Shown: positions 39,605-51,821 of the stretch, piece by piece
Layout: every line of letters begins with the position of its first letter
Numbering within the stretch: position 1 is the stretch's first letter
NCBI GenBank assembly: GCA_049724395.1
Contig: JAUGWO010000034.1
Location: 124,001 to 187,450, forward strand
Direction: 5' to 3'
DNA: 63,450 nucleotides
Source: Spongospora subterranea f. sp. subterranea
Taxonomy: Eukaryota
The notes under the pieces: model-generated
Seen by the model: only the letters and a program-made list of their open reading frames with translations
Database searches by the model: none
Told to the model about the DNA's origin: nothing
Position numbers and translations under genes: made by a program

Positions 39605-41063
39605 TTATCGTGTATCGGAAAATGCAAAACGTACTGGCTTCTTTTCCCATTTTTGTTGCTCTTCTCTTGTCCGATATACTGTTTCAAGGTTTGACAGTTT
39701 GAGTTTAACTTGTTTGGTTGACACGTTTGATTGGCATCGAGAGTTGATAGCCAGCGTCAGCCGCGACCAACCCATTCGGGATAAATTGATGTTACCAGCA
39801 TCAGAAACCAAGCGCGTTAATGCTGTCTTCTGGTCGAGCATGTTGGCCAGCCACGGTTGACAAGTTCGACTGGCGTCCACTAGAGTAACCGCTATAGCTC
39901 CACATTGCAGTCATCGTTACCACATTTATGGGCCCCTCAACACTGTGTGACCGATGTACAATCGTTATATTGCACAAGGCTGTTGCGTTACTGTTGTCCC
40001 TGGTCCCACTCCTCAATGTGAAACGTGTGCTCATACGTTGCTGTGATCGTTACGACCTTGATAGAGCCCGCTGACACCGCATAACCACCGTCAAATCACT
40101 ATTGTCGATATCGCCCCAGGGAAGTTCACACCTTCTGGCTGTTAGGGGTAGGGTGCAGCTGCTGGCCCAGGCGATCAATCGTTCAGCAATATCTTGTACA
40201 CTACCGAAGTCGGGCTGAGCCATGTCGTCATCGTCCAAGGCCCGGTCGGGATCCCCCGATCCTCGCCCAGCAGCCAAATCGCCAGAGCTTCTGGCATCGC
40301 ACTACGAACGAAAAATGGTTCGTCGACGGGTGAAGCAATTTTTCCACCGCTGATTTTGTGTACAAGGTGAGGATGATAAAAAATCTGCGAAAATTGGAAG
40401 AAGCTGGTCATACTAAAGAAGCGGCAATGGAAGCACTGATCGCCTGTAAAAATAGCTTAGGTGATATAAATTGGTGAAGCTGCAAAATATGTTGAGTTTA
40501 TTCCAGCCAAGGCCAATCCAATAAATATGTCCAGCAACTATCAGAAGGCGCTACCAGCGAAACCCTGCCGTGGTTTACAGCAGCGTCTGATGAATTCCCG
40601 CCCCCTTCTCCAACGAAACCGCCAACTGCTGATGCTGTCACATTTCGTGATCTGCCAATATGCGGTTGTAGCGGCATATTTGCCAACTGCAAATTTTTTA
40701 TATCCTCTACCTAGGCCCCCAATTCAGTCGTAAACATGTGAAAAATTCCAATTTGCCGCCAATGAGGAAGTCATCGACGACGTGTCCGCCAACATCTGCT
40801 TCTGGGTCGGACACCGACGGGGAGTCTGAAGTCCCAACCGTAGGAGATAGAAGGAAGTAGGTATCTTTGGTGAAAAGGATGCAATTGATTGCATCCTCAC
40901 ACACATCAGAGATTTCAGATTGTACCTTCCAGAACGACCGTGTATCAATACACACGACAGAAAAGTCCATCAATTACATACATGAAAAAAACAATTTTGG
41001 GGTAGTGAACTTACTCACAGCGGGGACAAAAGAGCAGAATGGTGACATCGTAATTGGGTTCAT
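39605..41063 (-). CDS. Hypothetical multi-exon protein
   Basis: Series of minus-strand open segments separated by AT-rich GT-AG-bounded gaps, ending ...WEKKPVRFAFSDTR*; no family recognised. Confidence 0.35.
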
Positions 41064-41131
41064 CTCGAGGATGATGGAAGGTAGTCCATAAACAGCAAAA
41101 TAGATAATGTTTATATAACGAGACGGAACAA

Positions 41132-42310
41132 TTAACAGGACCGACAATCCGAAAACCTGTCGAGGTACGATGGCAGCTGATCAGATTCAATAGCCTTTCT
41201 GACGCCCGTAAAGAACGAGTTGATCTGATGCAGATTATGGGACATGAGCAGGACGTGCGCCAGCAGGTCATTGACAGTGATCAGGTGATGGATATAGGCT
41301 CGGGAATGGCGACCCTCGCCACACGCCAGGCAGCAGCAATCGGCATCGATCGGCAATAGATCGTGGATGAAACGGGATTTCGACATGTTCACGAAACGAT
41401 CAGAACCGGATTCGCCCAGACATAGCGCCATTCGTTTCCCTGTTAGGTCGGCGACCCAGCTTGATTCGAACAGGTCGATCCCATCGCGAACACAATTTAC
41501 CAGCTCCTGGAACGATCGAACGCCCAGCGCCAGCCGAGCCTTGTCCTGGGGAATCAAATCGACCATCTCCGCCGTGGTTTTCCCGTTATTATCAGCCGTC
41601 AATGGAACGACATATCCGGCCAGATCATCATTATGGGCCTTGATCACGTCCTCATTCACCATTCCAAATACCGAGAGCGCCTCGCCAGGGATCACCTTCA
41701 ATATTTCGCTAAGATACCCCAAATTCCTTCGGCATTGGCGCCGAGAAAATGTTTCGGGTACGTCGCCCGATTTCGGGTCGAATCTATGCTGAGATTGCGG
41801 TTGAAGATCCATCATCGTGATCAATACATCCGGCTTGAACACCACAGCGGTTTTGGCGTAATCTTGAGGAGTCACTTTATAAACAGTTTGGTTGCTCTTC
41901 ACTGCCGAGGTCCACAACCTTGAGTTGGATAACCCCTGGCACCCGTTAATCGCTCTCAGCCCATAAATCGATATGGATTTGGCAATGGTCGATGTTGAAT
42001 GCAGACAGGACGCCAGTCCGTCTGGGAACCGGTTAGAGAACTCCACAATGGCGTCTTCGTCAACCGAACGTTGCCCGGTCTTGATGATCATGGTCATGAA
42101 CGATTCCATGGCCGTGTAGTAGGGTATGTATTGGCCTTGATCGCACACGATCGGGTCGGCTAACGCCCCAGTCAAGTGCGGGATGGCGCCATGATCGGCC
42201 GGGACAATACAGGATGGTGTCTCAATCTCTCGTCCAGATACCGTCTTGAATACCCCATATCTGCTCTTTCCACATATGGATCGAATCGTATACGACGATG
42301 AAGTCGCCAT
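41132..42310 (-). CDS. QTRT2: Queuine tRNA-ribosyltransferase accessory subunit (intronless)
   Basis: SRYGVF...IETPSCIV..DHGAIPHLT; VTPQDY....FKPDV; LIPQDKARL; GIDLFES (no catalytic DMFD); Zn site PIDADCCCLAC...HSRAYIHHL...LLMSHNLHQ. Confidence 0.9.
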   Translation of the reverse strand: MATSSSYTIRSICGKSRYGVFKTVSGREIETPSCIVPADHGAIPHLTGALADPIVCDQGQYIPYYTAMESFMTMIIKTGQRSVDEDAIVEFSNRFPDGLASCLHSTSTIAKSISIYGLRAINGCQGLSNSRLWTSAVKSNQTVYKVTPQDYAKTAVVFKPDVLITMMDLQPQSQHRFDPKSGDVPETFSRRQCRRNLGYLSEILKVIPGEALSVFGMVNEDVIKAHNDDLAGYVVPLTADNNGKTTAEMVDLIPQDKARLALGVRSFQELVNCVRDGIDLFESSWVADLTGKRMALCLGESGSDRFVNMSKSRFIHDLLPIDADCCCLACGEGRHSRAYIHHLITVNDLLAHVLLMSHNLHQINSFFTGVRKAIESDQLPSYLDRFSDCRSC

Positions 42311-42451
42311 TTGCCAACTCGACCTTCTGGAAGAACAATCTTCACGGACTCTTTTCAATCTCCGTGACCTGTGGCATGATCCCGACCGGGGTCAGTGGCT
42401 GATTGCGCCCAATATCAATAATATCGCCGAGATTGTCCTGGCAACGGTCAA
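42311..42451. promoter_or_regulatory. Putative bidirectional promoter shared by QTRT2 and QTRT1
   Basis: Only 141 bp separate the two divergent ATGs. Confidence 0.6.
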
Positions 42452-44061
42452 ATGGCGAAGATGGAGTGGCCATTGCAGTTATCGATAGTGGCGAGATGTT
42501 CCACTACTAAGGCCCGTGTTAGCGATATGATATTGCCTCATATCACTGCTCGTTTACCCATGTTTATGCCGGTTGCCACCTCAGGTGTTATGAAAGGTAT
42601 TATGTCCCTGTCGCTTTTTGCCAAAGAACAATTTTTCCCAGCAATATCGTTCTATTCTCTGGTCTTTATTTACAGAATCTTCGCGTTCACAATCTACTGA
42701 TAATTTGTTTCACTATCGCATCGAAATTTGACATCTTCCTAGGTGTCGCTGTATCGCAGCTCGTTGATCTCGACTGCGACGTGATATTGGGCAATACCTA
42801 CCATCTGGCACTACAGCCGGGAATCGACCTAATGAAGGATCGATACGGTGGACTGCACCAGTTTATGCATTGGGATCGCGGGCTGCTCACTGACAGTGGC
42901 GGGTTCCAGATGGTGTCGCTGGCGAAACTGATGAACGTCGACGAAGATGGCGTCAGATTCGTTTCCCATATAGATGGGGTCACCGAACTTTTCCTACGCC
43001 CTGAGGACTCGATTGCGATGCAAAACGCGATCGGTAGTGACATCATGATGCAACTTGATGACGTCGTGTCGTCGCTGACGACGGGCCCAAGGTAATATAA
43101 GAATTGGAAAACCGACAGCGTCAACGTAATCGTGTGCTCGATCGTGATCCAGAGTTGAAGAGGCGATGTGGAGAAGTATTCGTTGGCTGGATCGGTGTCT
43201 GGAAGCGCACACCCGACCTGTCGACCAGAATCTGTTCGCCATCATCCAGGGCGGGTTGGACCCCGATCTGCGCCGGATCTGCTGCAATGAGATGGTGAAG
43301 CGCCAATGCCCTGGATACGCTATCGGTGGTCTATCCGGTGGAGAATCCAAGGATGAGTTCTGGCGCATGTTGGTTCATATTTGTGTGTCTCTCTCAATGT
43401 TTCTCTGGTCTTATGTTGATGAAAACCAGTGTCACTTTGTGCACCGATTTGCTACCGGAGATGAAGCCAAGATATTGTATGGGAGTTGGATACGCTGAAG
43501 ATCTCGTGGTCTGTGTCGCATTGGGCGTCGATATGTTCGATTGCGGTGAGTAATTCGCTCCCCGCCTTCCGATCTGGATTTTCATTGTGTGTTTTTGTAG
43601 TATTTCCCACTAGGACGGCTGTGAGTTGCACAGTCCCCATTGGCTCATTATCAATATTCCCAGATCTGACATTGCTTTAGAGATTTGGAAACGCGTTGAC
43701 CAGACGAGGTGCGTTGAACATGACGAGCGCTTCGTTCACGAACGATTTCAGACCGATTGACGAAAACTGTTCATGTTCAACTTGCCGGAACCATCATCGT
43801 AGTTTCATCAAACAGATGTTCTCATCGGGCGAAACGGGTGCATGCCATCTTCTTAGTGTGCACAACATCGCCTTCCAGATGAGCCTGATGTCCGATATGC
43901 GCGCCAGTATTGTCGAAGACCGTTTCCCCGAGTTCGTTCAGCAGTTCATGTACCAATACTTTAAACAGCGGCTGACAAAGACCGGTAAATCGCAGGGGGA
44001 AATGGCCTATCCTGCATGGGTTGTCAATGCGCTTCAATCTGTCAATGTCAATTTGTTATAA
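42452..44061 (+). CDS. QTRT1: Queuine tRNA-ribosyltransferase catalytic subunit
   Basis: [98 protein letters not shown]...HNIAFQ. Confidence 0.97.
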
Positions 44062-44404
44062 ATCATTATATATTCAGTTTAAAGCGATGATTCTTGAAGA
44101 TGGGGTCTGATATCTCCCCAGCCCAACAACGACGTGAAATCAAGCCAACGGGGGCCGCCATTGTGCCAAGTTCCCTCGGTGCAGTACGCCATGTGTTCCT
44201 GTAATTTGCTGCATTGACTGCATTCGGCCCCATGGGCAATGGGCGTGTTGCCAAGCCCAGTGTGCAGTTGTGACCGCCTGTCAATTGTCATGGTACTGTA
44301 GGTGTGACGGGGCCAACAAGGGGATGGCGATTCGCCAGGGTAGTCCCCCGTCTACTCAATCAAGTTGTTCGGCCGCAGCCTTGAAACCTGCATCGAAACC
44401 GGGA

Positions 44405-45121
44405 ATGGTCGAGCTGGACCACATCCAGGAAGGCGGCGGGGAACCGAATGTGTTTATCGCCAAATACGGCGAGAATCCCGACCTGAATCAATACTGGTTT
44501 CTCTCCTATCGCCATCGCACCGCCCTCTGATCGTGAAATGAATCTTGATAGGTATTCGCCCAATACGGTCAACACTCTCGTCGACGTGATTCAAACGATG
44601 TAATCCGAAGAGATGCGCATTTCTCTCAACACCTTCGTTGTTTTTCTCGTTGACGGACCCAATCGTGTCCGCCAACTCCGTTCTCCTGGATCTCGATCCG
44701 GGATTTGACGTTGATCGTCGTTGTCACCAATACGATTATCGATCCCCGGCCGATATCCCATCCCATCTACTCGGCCAATGCGACGCCGTCGTCATCGATC
44801 CCCCATTCATCACCGAATCGGTCTGGAGATCCTACGCCCAGACCGTCTCGTTACTGTTCGGTCCCTGTCAGGTCGGTAACGGTAGCGCCACCTGTAGCGC
44901 CATCCCCAAGTGGTTGACGGCCGTGTTGTTCCTTCGTTGTTGTGCAGGGCCGGGTCTTGCTGACAACGACGGCCGAGAATGGTGCCCTGATTGACGAGCT
45001 GTTCGGGGCGTCTCGGGCCGTATATAAACCATCAATACCTCATCTGGTGTATCAATACGATATATTTGTTAATTTCGAGTCGGAATTACTGGACCATCAT
45101 AATATAGAGATTGGAGAATAA
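44405..45121 (+). CDS. EEF1AKMT1: EEF1A lysine methyltransferase 1 (N6AMT2/EFM5 family); apparent +1 frameshift at ~44593
   Basis: ENPDLNQYWYS; CAFLSTPSLFF; YDYRSP..IP; VVIDPPFITE; YKPSIPHLVYQY.IFVNF. Confidence 0.85.
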
Positions 45122-45443
45122 ATATTCACGGCTTGATGAATCATAATATCGAGAAATTACGGATGGCGATAGTCAATTACGGCACAAAAGACCAGTATCT
45201 GCATGAGGTCATTTATCGACAGATATCCAAACCGTTAAGCCATGTCACTGCTTTTTGTCACCGAACTGTATCTATGAATTACCCTCCCAGCCCCCCAAAC
45301 ACGAATTTGATTCGGCGCTTAATGAAGAGGATATTTTTCCAGCGGAATATCTGCCGAGCTGTTGATCTGGTACCAAATGATACAGTCTCTTAATCGGTGA
45401 AGTACCGTCGGAGTTGCATTTCAGAATGTCAATCGAAATCAAT

Positions 45444-46684
45444 ATGATCTGGATTAGTGTCTTTATCGTTTTATCATCTGTTCGAGCGGAGTTGATGTCT
45501 TTGAATATAAACAGCGACCAGAAACTGGCCATTGCCTATACCATCGACCGGCAGAATGACCTGATCTCGTTCACCGTGTCGGCCAACGTAAATGGCTATG
45601 TCGCCATTGGGTTCTCGCCAGACGGGGCCATGATCAACAGTCTGGCCGTATCGGGCTGGGTTGATGGTGCCGACCACGTCGTCAACCAGTATTTCCTGTC
45701 CGATCAGGCCATTGACGGCATAATCGGTGCCGCCCAGCCGATGTTGGCGAATACGTCAGTTGAAAATTTCGACGGTAATGATGACTGGTTTTCCCACAAC
45801 GGATTCGCCCCTGAAACCTCGGCGTAGGCAGAACGACGATGAAGTTCAGCAGATCGATTTCCGATCCAACGCACCCGATCGAAGTCGACAACGATATTCA
45901 CATGATCTGGGCTCTTCACGATTCCCTACCACAATTAGCCTATCACTCATCGCGTGGGTCGTTCATCGTCAATCTGTCGTCGGGTGTGGTGTCTGGCTCG
46001 TCAACCGCCTCGGCCAGCGTCATCGCCCATGGTCGTTCCCACCCCATCGTCATCGGTCCCCTCCCCCCTCGCTGACGTTTTCCATGGCCTTCTCAGGAAT
46101 CCTAATGGTGATCGCGTTCGGTCTACTGTTTCCCGCCGGGTCTGTACTGGTACGACATCTCCCCAGGGATTTCCCTCATCGAGTCCTATCACATCGTGTC
46201 GTCCAAGCTGTTGGGTTCACTTTGGCCATGTTATCCTTCATCCTGATCATCGCCTTCAAACAGAACTCCATATTCACCAAGAGACATCATTTTTCCGGTT
46301 CAAAAAACATTCCGTTGAATTGGTCGCCCATTCCCTGATTGTTATTGTGAACTAGTCGGTCATCCTTTATTGGGTTTGCTCATCATATTGGGCGTCGTGA
46401 TCCAGACACTACTGGGGATCACAATACCCGATATCGGTCACCATTTTCGGCGAAAGCTGGTCCAGTTCCACAGAACCTTGGGATTTTTCGTCGTCTGCAT
46501 TGGGCCAGTTATCGTCTTGTCCGGCCTGCTGCACTTTCAGGCGCAATATGGGTCACTGATGGATCCGGCGCTCATCGCCCATCTGGTCGTAACAGGATTG
46601 CTCTGGGCGTGGGCCATCTTTTTCGAAATGGGACTCATTCAACGGTTTGACCATCTCCATCGTATATCCTCAACATCAATTTAA
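45444..46684 (+). CDS. DOMON + cytochrome b561 domain protein
   Basis: Signal peptide; GYVAIGFSPDGAMINS; MKFSRSI...MIWA...YH DOMON; b561 HG.LMVIAFGLLFPAG...HRVVQ...H..LGL...FHRTLG. Confidence 0.85.
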
Positions 46685-46981
46685 ACGTCCATCTCGGTTT
46701 TAGGATATTTCCTGGAGAAGACCGTGGATCCAAACTGAGAACTCATCGGGTGGTCCTATAGTTGACAAGAACCTGTATAAACCCAAACCATTATAAAAAA
46801 ATTCATGCGCCATCTCATTCCCAACAGTCCGATTGGCGGCTCTCTTGGTACTTATATACTTATAACTAATCATCTCTTATAACTTATGAACTAGCGTCCG
46901 CGGATGTCGGTTCTATGGCTTATAACTTATTTATACTGTAATATATGAAAACCGGAAATACGATGGTAATCAATATTGAGA

Positions 46982-48875
46982 TTAGTGTAACATATTTGTG
47001 ATGACGATGATGGAGGTGGTGATAAGATCCACCCCAAACGCTGCTAGCAGGTGCAGGGAGATACTCGTTTCTGGCACGGCGATATATCGTGCCGGTAACG
47101 ACTGTCGCATGGCCCGGTCCAACGCTAATGCATTGGTTGCAACACCGTCGCGATCGGTGCCGCTGCCGTATATCGCCTTCGACAGATTACGGGCTCGATC
47201 GCGATATGTTGTCGAGGCGAGGACGGAATCGACCTGGTCAACGCAGATGTTCTTGAACTTGGAGATATGGGACATCTGTGGGCCGATTCCAAGCTCCTGA
47301 ACCCTGTAGCCCCAAAATCGCTGGTCCAGCAATAATGTGCCAGTGACAATGACAGGGATCCCGGCTCGTATTGCCTCAGCCGTTGTGCCTAGGCCGCCCT
47401 GGATAATGGCGGCGTCGATCCTAGGGAAAAGAACGTGGAATGGGACGTCGTCCACGTATATCAGCCTTTTAACGTGCTGATAGTGGTCTAATCGGGTTTG
47501 ATCCATTGTAGAGATTTTTTTACCTGGACGGGAATCCCCAGTCACCACTATGATCTTGGGTCGGGTTCGGCATTGATCCAGTATTCTCAGGACGATCAGC
47601 GCCACATCGTGATTCGACACTGGCATGCTGGAGAAGGAGATGACAATCGTCGGCGATACAATGCTTAGGAAGGACGTCAGTTGGGGGGAGAGCTGAGACG
47701 GCGGATTGAAAAACACGAAGGTGGTCACATCGATATTAGGAGCCCATGACGAAGGAACGTGTCCAAAGGCGTCGCGGGAGATGGGGACGATCATCGGCGA
47801 CTTCTGTAGGTGTAAATATTGCCAAGGATTGGCACGCGGGTTCAATACAGGCAGATGACGTCGCGTCCTGATGGTGGATAATTGCGAGGTGCACGCGCGA
47901 AGGAATGCAATGGCGTCGTCATCATAGACAGTGTCATTCACGCCAGGGATGTTGACGATTGGCGGCATTGACGGCAATATCGACGGTTGGAGAATGAACC
48001 CGACCAAGGGGATATGCAACGCCTCGGATATGACGGTGGCCAACGTCGTCATTGTCAGCCCATATATGATAGCTCTTGGCGATAAATACCGAGCCACATC
48101 AAACACAACTGGTTCCGAGTCGAAAAACTCTTGCTCTATTCGCGCCAATATCATCGCTTGGACGACGTTTGTCGTCACGGGAATAAACGTTTTCGCCACC
48201 GAGAGAATTCGCCAAGCGGTTTTTCGTATCCCCACCCGAAGGCCGGAACTCCAGTAAACCGTCCGATTCCACGAGCTCCTGGAAATGCGACTCGGTACAG
48301 ATGGTGATTCTCCATCCGTAGGCGGTCGCCAGCTGTCGCCCAATCGCAACAAACGGCTGAACGTCTCCACGAGTTCCCCGCGTTAGAATCAGGGCGCTGG
48401 GCGGATCAGGACCGCCAAAGCTCCGGTCAGGAGCGATTGTGATGCGCGTCGGAATCAGGTCGGAGTCGAGCAAGATTGTGGACGTTGCTTGGAAATAGAA
48501 CATGTCGGATATTCGCAGTCGATGCGTGAAAATAGTGGCGGTTCCGACGATGGCGTTAGTGGACTTCTTCACAAGCTGAACGTGAAGATAACGATGATCA
48601 CGCAACGACGACAGCAGAAAGCTGGATGGGGAACACGCAACGGTCCGAAGGTCGTCAATGCAAACTGACGTGGAGATGATATTGGGCTCTCCAGTAGCGC
48701 TGTTTGAGGTCCCCATTCGAACTAGGAAATCAGTGCCGCGTAAGGAATCCGGTAGATGTTCCAGTTCCCATTGCAGAAACTGATCGTCGAGTGCAGCCCC
48801 AACGTGTAAAAACAGAACAAAAAACAATAACGTGAATAACGTGAATGACCTGTTGAGTGTGCCGCGCCTGTACAT
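46982..48875 (-). CDS. GT1/GT28-type (sterol 3-beta-glucosyltransferase-like) glycosyltransferase, intronless, with a frameshift at ~48205
   Basis: LILTRGTRGDVQPFVAIG; IVISFSSM; DDVPFHVLFPRIDAAIIQGGLGTTAEAIRAGIP; LDQRFWG..V..LGIGP; split over overlapping ORFs 48099-48875 and 46982-48370. Confidence 0.85.
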
Positions 48876-49264
48876 TATCTGCCAGAATTGTCAGCGACAA
48901 CAGCAGAGTCTCTAGACGATCCTTGTCCTCCAGCCTGTATATAGGTACCCTTGGTCTGTCCTCTCCGATTTTGAATATTCATCGGCCGACGGAAAAGTTG
49001 TGCCGCACGTGCGGTAGCGGGGCGCCAGACCGATCTGGTCGAACTGTCCCTATAATTATGAGCGTTGCAGTTAGATCCTAGTTCAAGTGCAAAAATGCCT
49101 TCTGTTGACGTCACAGCTTTTTGAGGTTCTGTGACGAGCTCACTGGGAATCGTCTCCGTTTTGAAAATGAGGTCCCAGGTCCCTTTTCAAAAAGTAGACG
49201 ACTTCGAGTCGTTTTTGACCCTGGAACTGGAAGTCAAAAGTAAGCCCTTTCATCTCCAATTCGA

Positions 49265-49780
49265 GCGGCGATGGTGGGGCACATATCGAAGCAGATACGT
49301 TCAAAATTGCTGTGTGCCATAGGTGGTATTGCCGAAAGAGGGGTCCCGCTGTTAACAAGCAGGCGACTGTGGATGCTAGACAGCGATTCCAAGAAAATTC
49401 GCTGCGCCCCGGATGCTGTAGCGACAAGGTGTTATGGAAGATGAGCAGTCTGCAGCGAATCGTGATGCAGGATCTCCCCATTGGGATGCACATGTTGGGG
49501 GACGCTGGGTATACCCTCGTGTCGTATCTCACGATCCCATACGACATTTTTCCCGGCATGCCTCGGTCCAACAAGGGATACAACAATCTCCACAGCCGAT
49601 CCAGGATTCCTGTAAAGTTCGCTTTCGGCAAAATAAAGGGCAAATGTCGCATACTTAAACGCGTGCTAATATGAAATCGGTAGAGCGATAAGTAAGACGA
49701 TCGTCTCATGTTTGTTGTTGCATAGTATGTTCATTGACCTCAATGATGACTCGCGGCATTGGTGACAGATATCAAGATCT
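49265..49780 (+). mobile_element. PIF/Harbinger DDE transposase remnant
   Basis: DG.HI...WYCRK..PAVNKQATVDARQRF...PGCCSD.VLW; LGDAGYTL..YLTIPY; YNNLHSRSRIPVKFAFGKIKGKCRILKR (catalytic E position degenerate). Confidence 0.8.
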
Positions 49781-49793
49781 GCACCTCGGTCAC

Positions 49794-50544
49794 CATCATT
49801 CCTTTCTACCCGTCAGATCTGCAAAGAGATCTTGGTGAAATGGTGAAACTACTTTTTCGTCACCCCTGGACTTTACAAGCCCAACTGCCCAACTTCAAGT
49901 TCTGATTGTATTCAAAAAGAACAAGAACGTCTTAGCTTTAAGCAGCTCATCTAACATACTGGTAGGTAACTGAAGGCTTTTAGAAATGTGTATTAAGACA
50001 TCAACGCTGAAGGCATATTTTCAGGCACGCGAATTGTTAGATAGGCGGGAAAGCTGTTCAGGCGTTATTTTGTAGCATCTGAGCTTGGTCGGCTGTGATG
50101 TTAGATGAGCTGCTCAAAGCTAAGACGTTCTTGTTCTTTTTGAATACAATCAGAACTTGAAGTTGGGCTTGTAAAGTCCAGGGGTGACGATTAAATAGTT
50201 TCACCAGGTCACGAAGATCTCGTTGCAGATCTGACGGGTAGAAAGGAATGATGAACGGAATGAAAGCCTTAATCAGTAGCTGGATGGGGTTGCCTGGTTA
50301 ACATTGATTAGTGAGAAAGTGTCAGCTAGAAAGTGATGAGAAAATCCTCGCAGTTTTAGTCTTTGGAATAATAAAAGACAGAAGGCTCTTCGATCATCTG
50401 AAGAAGTATTATTTCGGCAAAGTAGCATCTGAGCATGGTCGGCTGTGATGTTAGATGAGCTGCTTAAAGCTAAAACGTTCTTGTTCTTTTTGAATACAAT
50501 TAGAACATGAAGTTGGGCTTGTAAAATCCAGGGGTGACGATTAA
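49794..50544 (-). mobile_element. Penelope-like retroelement 3' fragments in direct and inverted arrangement
   Basis: CRNNTS...FCLLLFQRLKLRGFSHHFLADTF and FIPFIIPFYP...NRHPW...LIVFKKNKNVL resemble the PLE post-RT thumb/linker; inverted arms 49794-49957 and 50098-50253; direct copies 50072-50194 and 50422-50544. Confidence 0.55.
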
Positions 50545-51821
50545 TCACCACAGTCGCAATGACATGCGCATTAATGAAAATAGAAGTGATGCAATGACCA
50601 AACGGGACAGGATCTGAGATTATTTGGTCGATTGGGAAATAAAATCAAAATTGAAGCCAGTTTATTTAAGCTTGGTTGGCTTCTTTTCTGTCGCTGACTC
50701 TGGTGCCAAGGGTGTCTGGTCCACCTTGCGATTCTTTGGTTTAGGCGGCCCTGCCACGATTGCTTGTACGGGCACTTGTTGCACCAACGGCGATTCTCAC
50801 TAGAAACTAGATCTGAAATCAAGCATTTCAACCTCCATCTACTTTTTTGGCAGATTGTGTGGTCGACCGTCACAGAAAATTCCAAAAAGCTGAAGGAGGC
50901 ATTTTTGCAATTCAACCAGGCTCTAGAGAATCGTTACCTACATGCCTATATGAAACGATACAACAATAATAATATATTTCAACTACACCGTTAATGTCTG
51001 GCGCGACCTGCAAATCTGTATAATTTCCACGTTGTATCGGGTGATGTTCCATTGGACGAATCACTCCGTAAGAGCCTTTGTCATCGCGTCTTCTTGAAGA
51101 CGATTGCCGCTCATGTGCAGTGCACTCGGTCTGTGGCAGCGATGCCACTACCAACTTGAGAACTGGGTTCCAAGGAGCAAATAACAAAACAGGTGATACC
51201 TGCTGAAAGGCAAATATTATGGTATGGTTCAAGGTTGAATATGATAGATTGTTTATGGGTGAAGGATGGCGCATGGGACGAGGCTGGCAAAGCAAAGGTG
51301 CTGTTCAAACCACCTATTTCTGAAATGGTCATCAACCCCTTGAATAGCTTGGCGCCACACCTCATGGTATCCCGAAATGTGAAGAGTCTTTCTTCATCAA
51401 TCCTAACTGTGAACCAGTCTAACTCGGCGTACTGCTTCATGCAACCCCGAATCGGAATCAAATGGCAATCTCTTGAAGAAATCGCAAGCCGTGGACGTCT
51501 TGAAAACACTTCCTTGTCTCTTGGATCGGGCCAGATGGAAGAGCATTGACTTGGAGGCATCCACACCGACCAAACGGGTTCATATTTAGAGCAAAGGTAT
51601 TTGCGTTTTTCATTGCAGGGGTTTCTGCCTAAATAGCCTTCTGACCCTCTGCATTATTCGCAATGCCAGCTGGCGTTTGCAGTTCACAGCACTAACCATG
51701 ATTATAGTGTGCAACACCCATGACATACAGGCTACATCCGTAAGTACAACTACATGGTATTCTAAAATGATTCGTCGACTACCGTAGAAGGATTAACCAA
51801 ATCAAAGACGACAACACGATT

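Noticed and set aside
44066..44291. Small Cys-containing minus-strand ORFs (COX17/CHCH-like?)
   Set aside because: No twin CX9C spacing or recognisable family
49958..50097. Hammerhead ribozyme expected in a Penelope pseudo-LTR
   Set aside because: No CUGANGA/GAAA core with pairing stems found by eye on either strand
50912..51720. Possible C-type-lectin-like or hypothetical minus-strand gene (PCNEKRKYLCSK)
   Set aside because: Only one short motif; stops upstream and no coherent gene model
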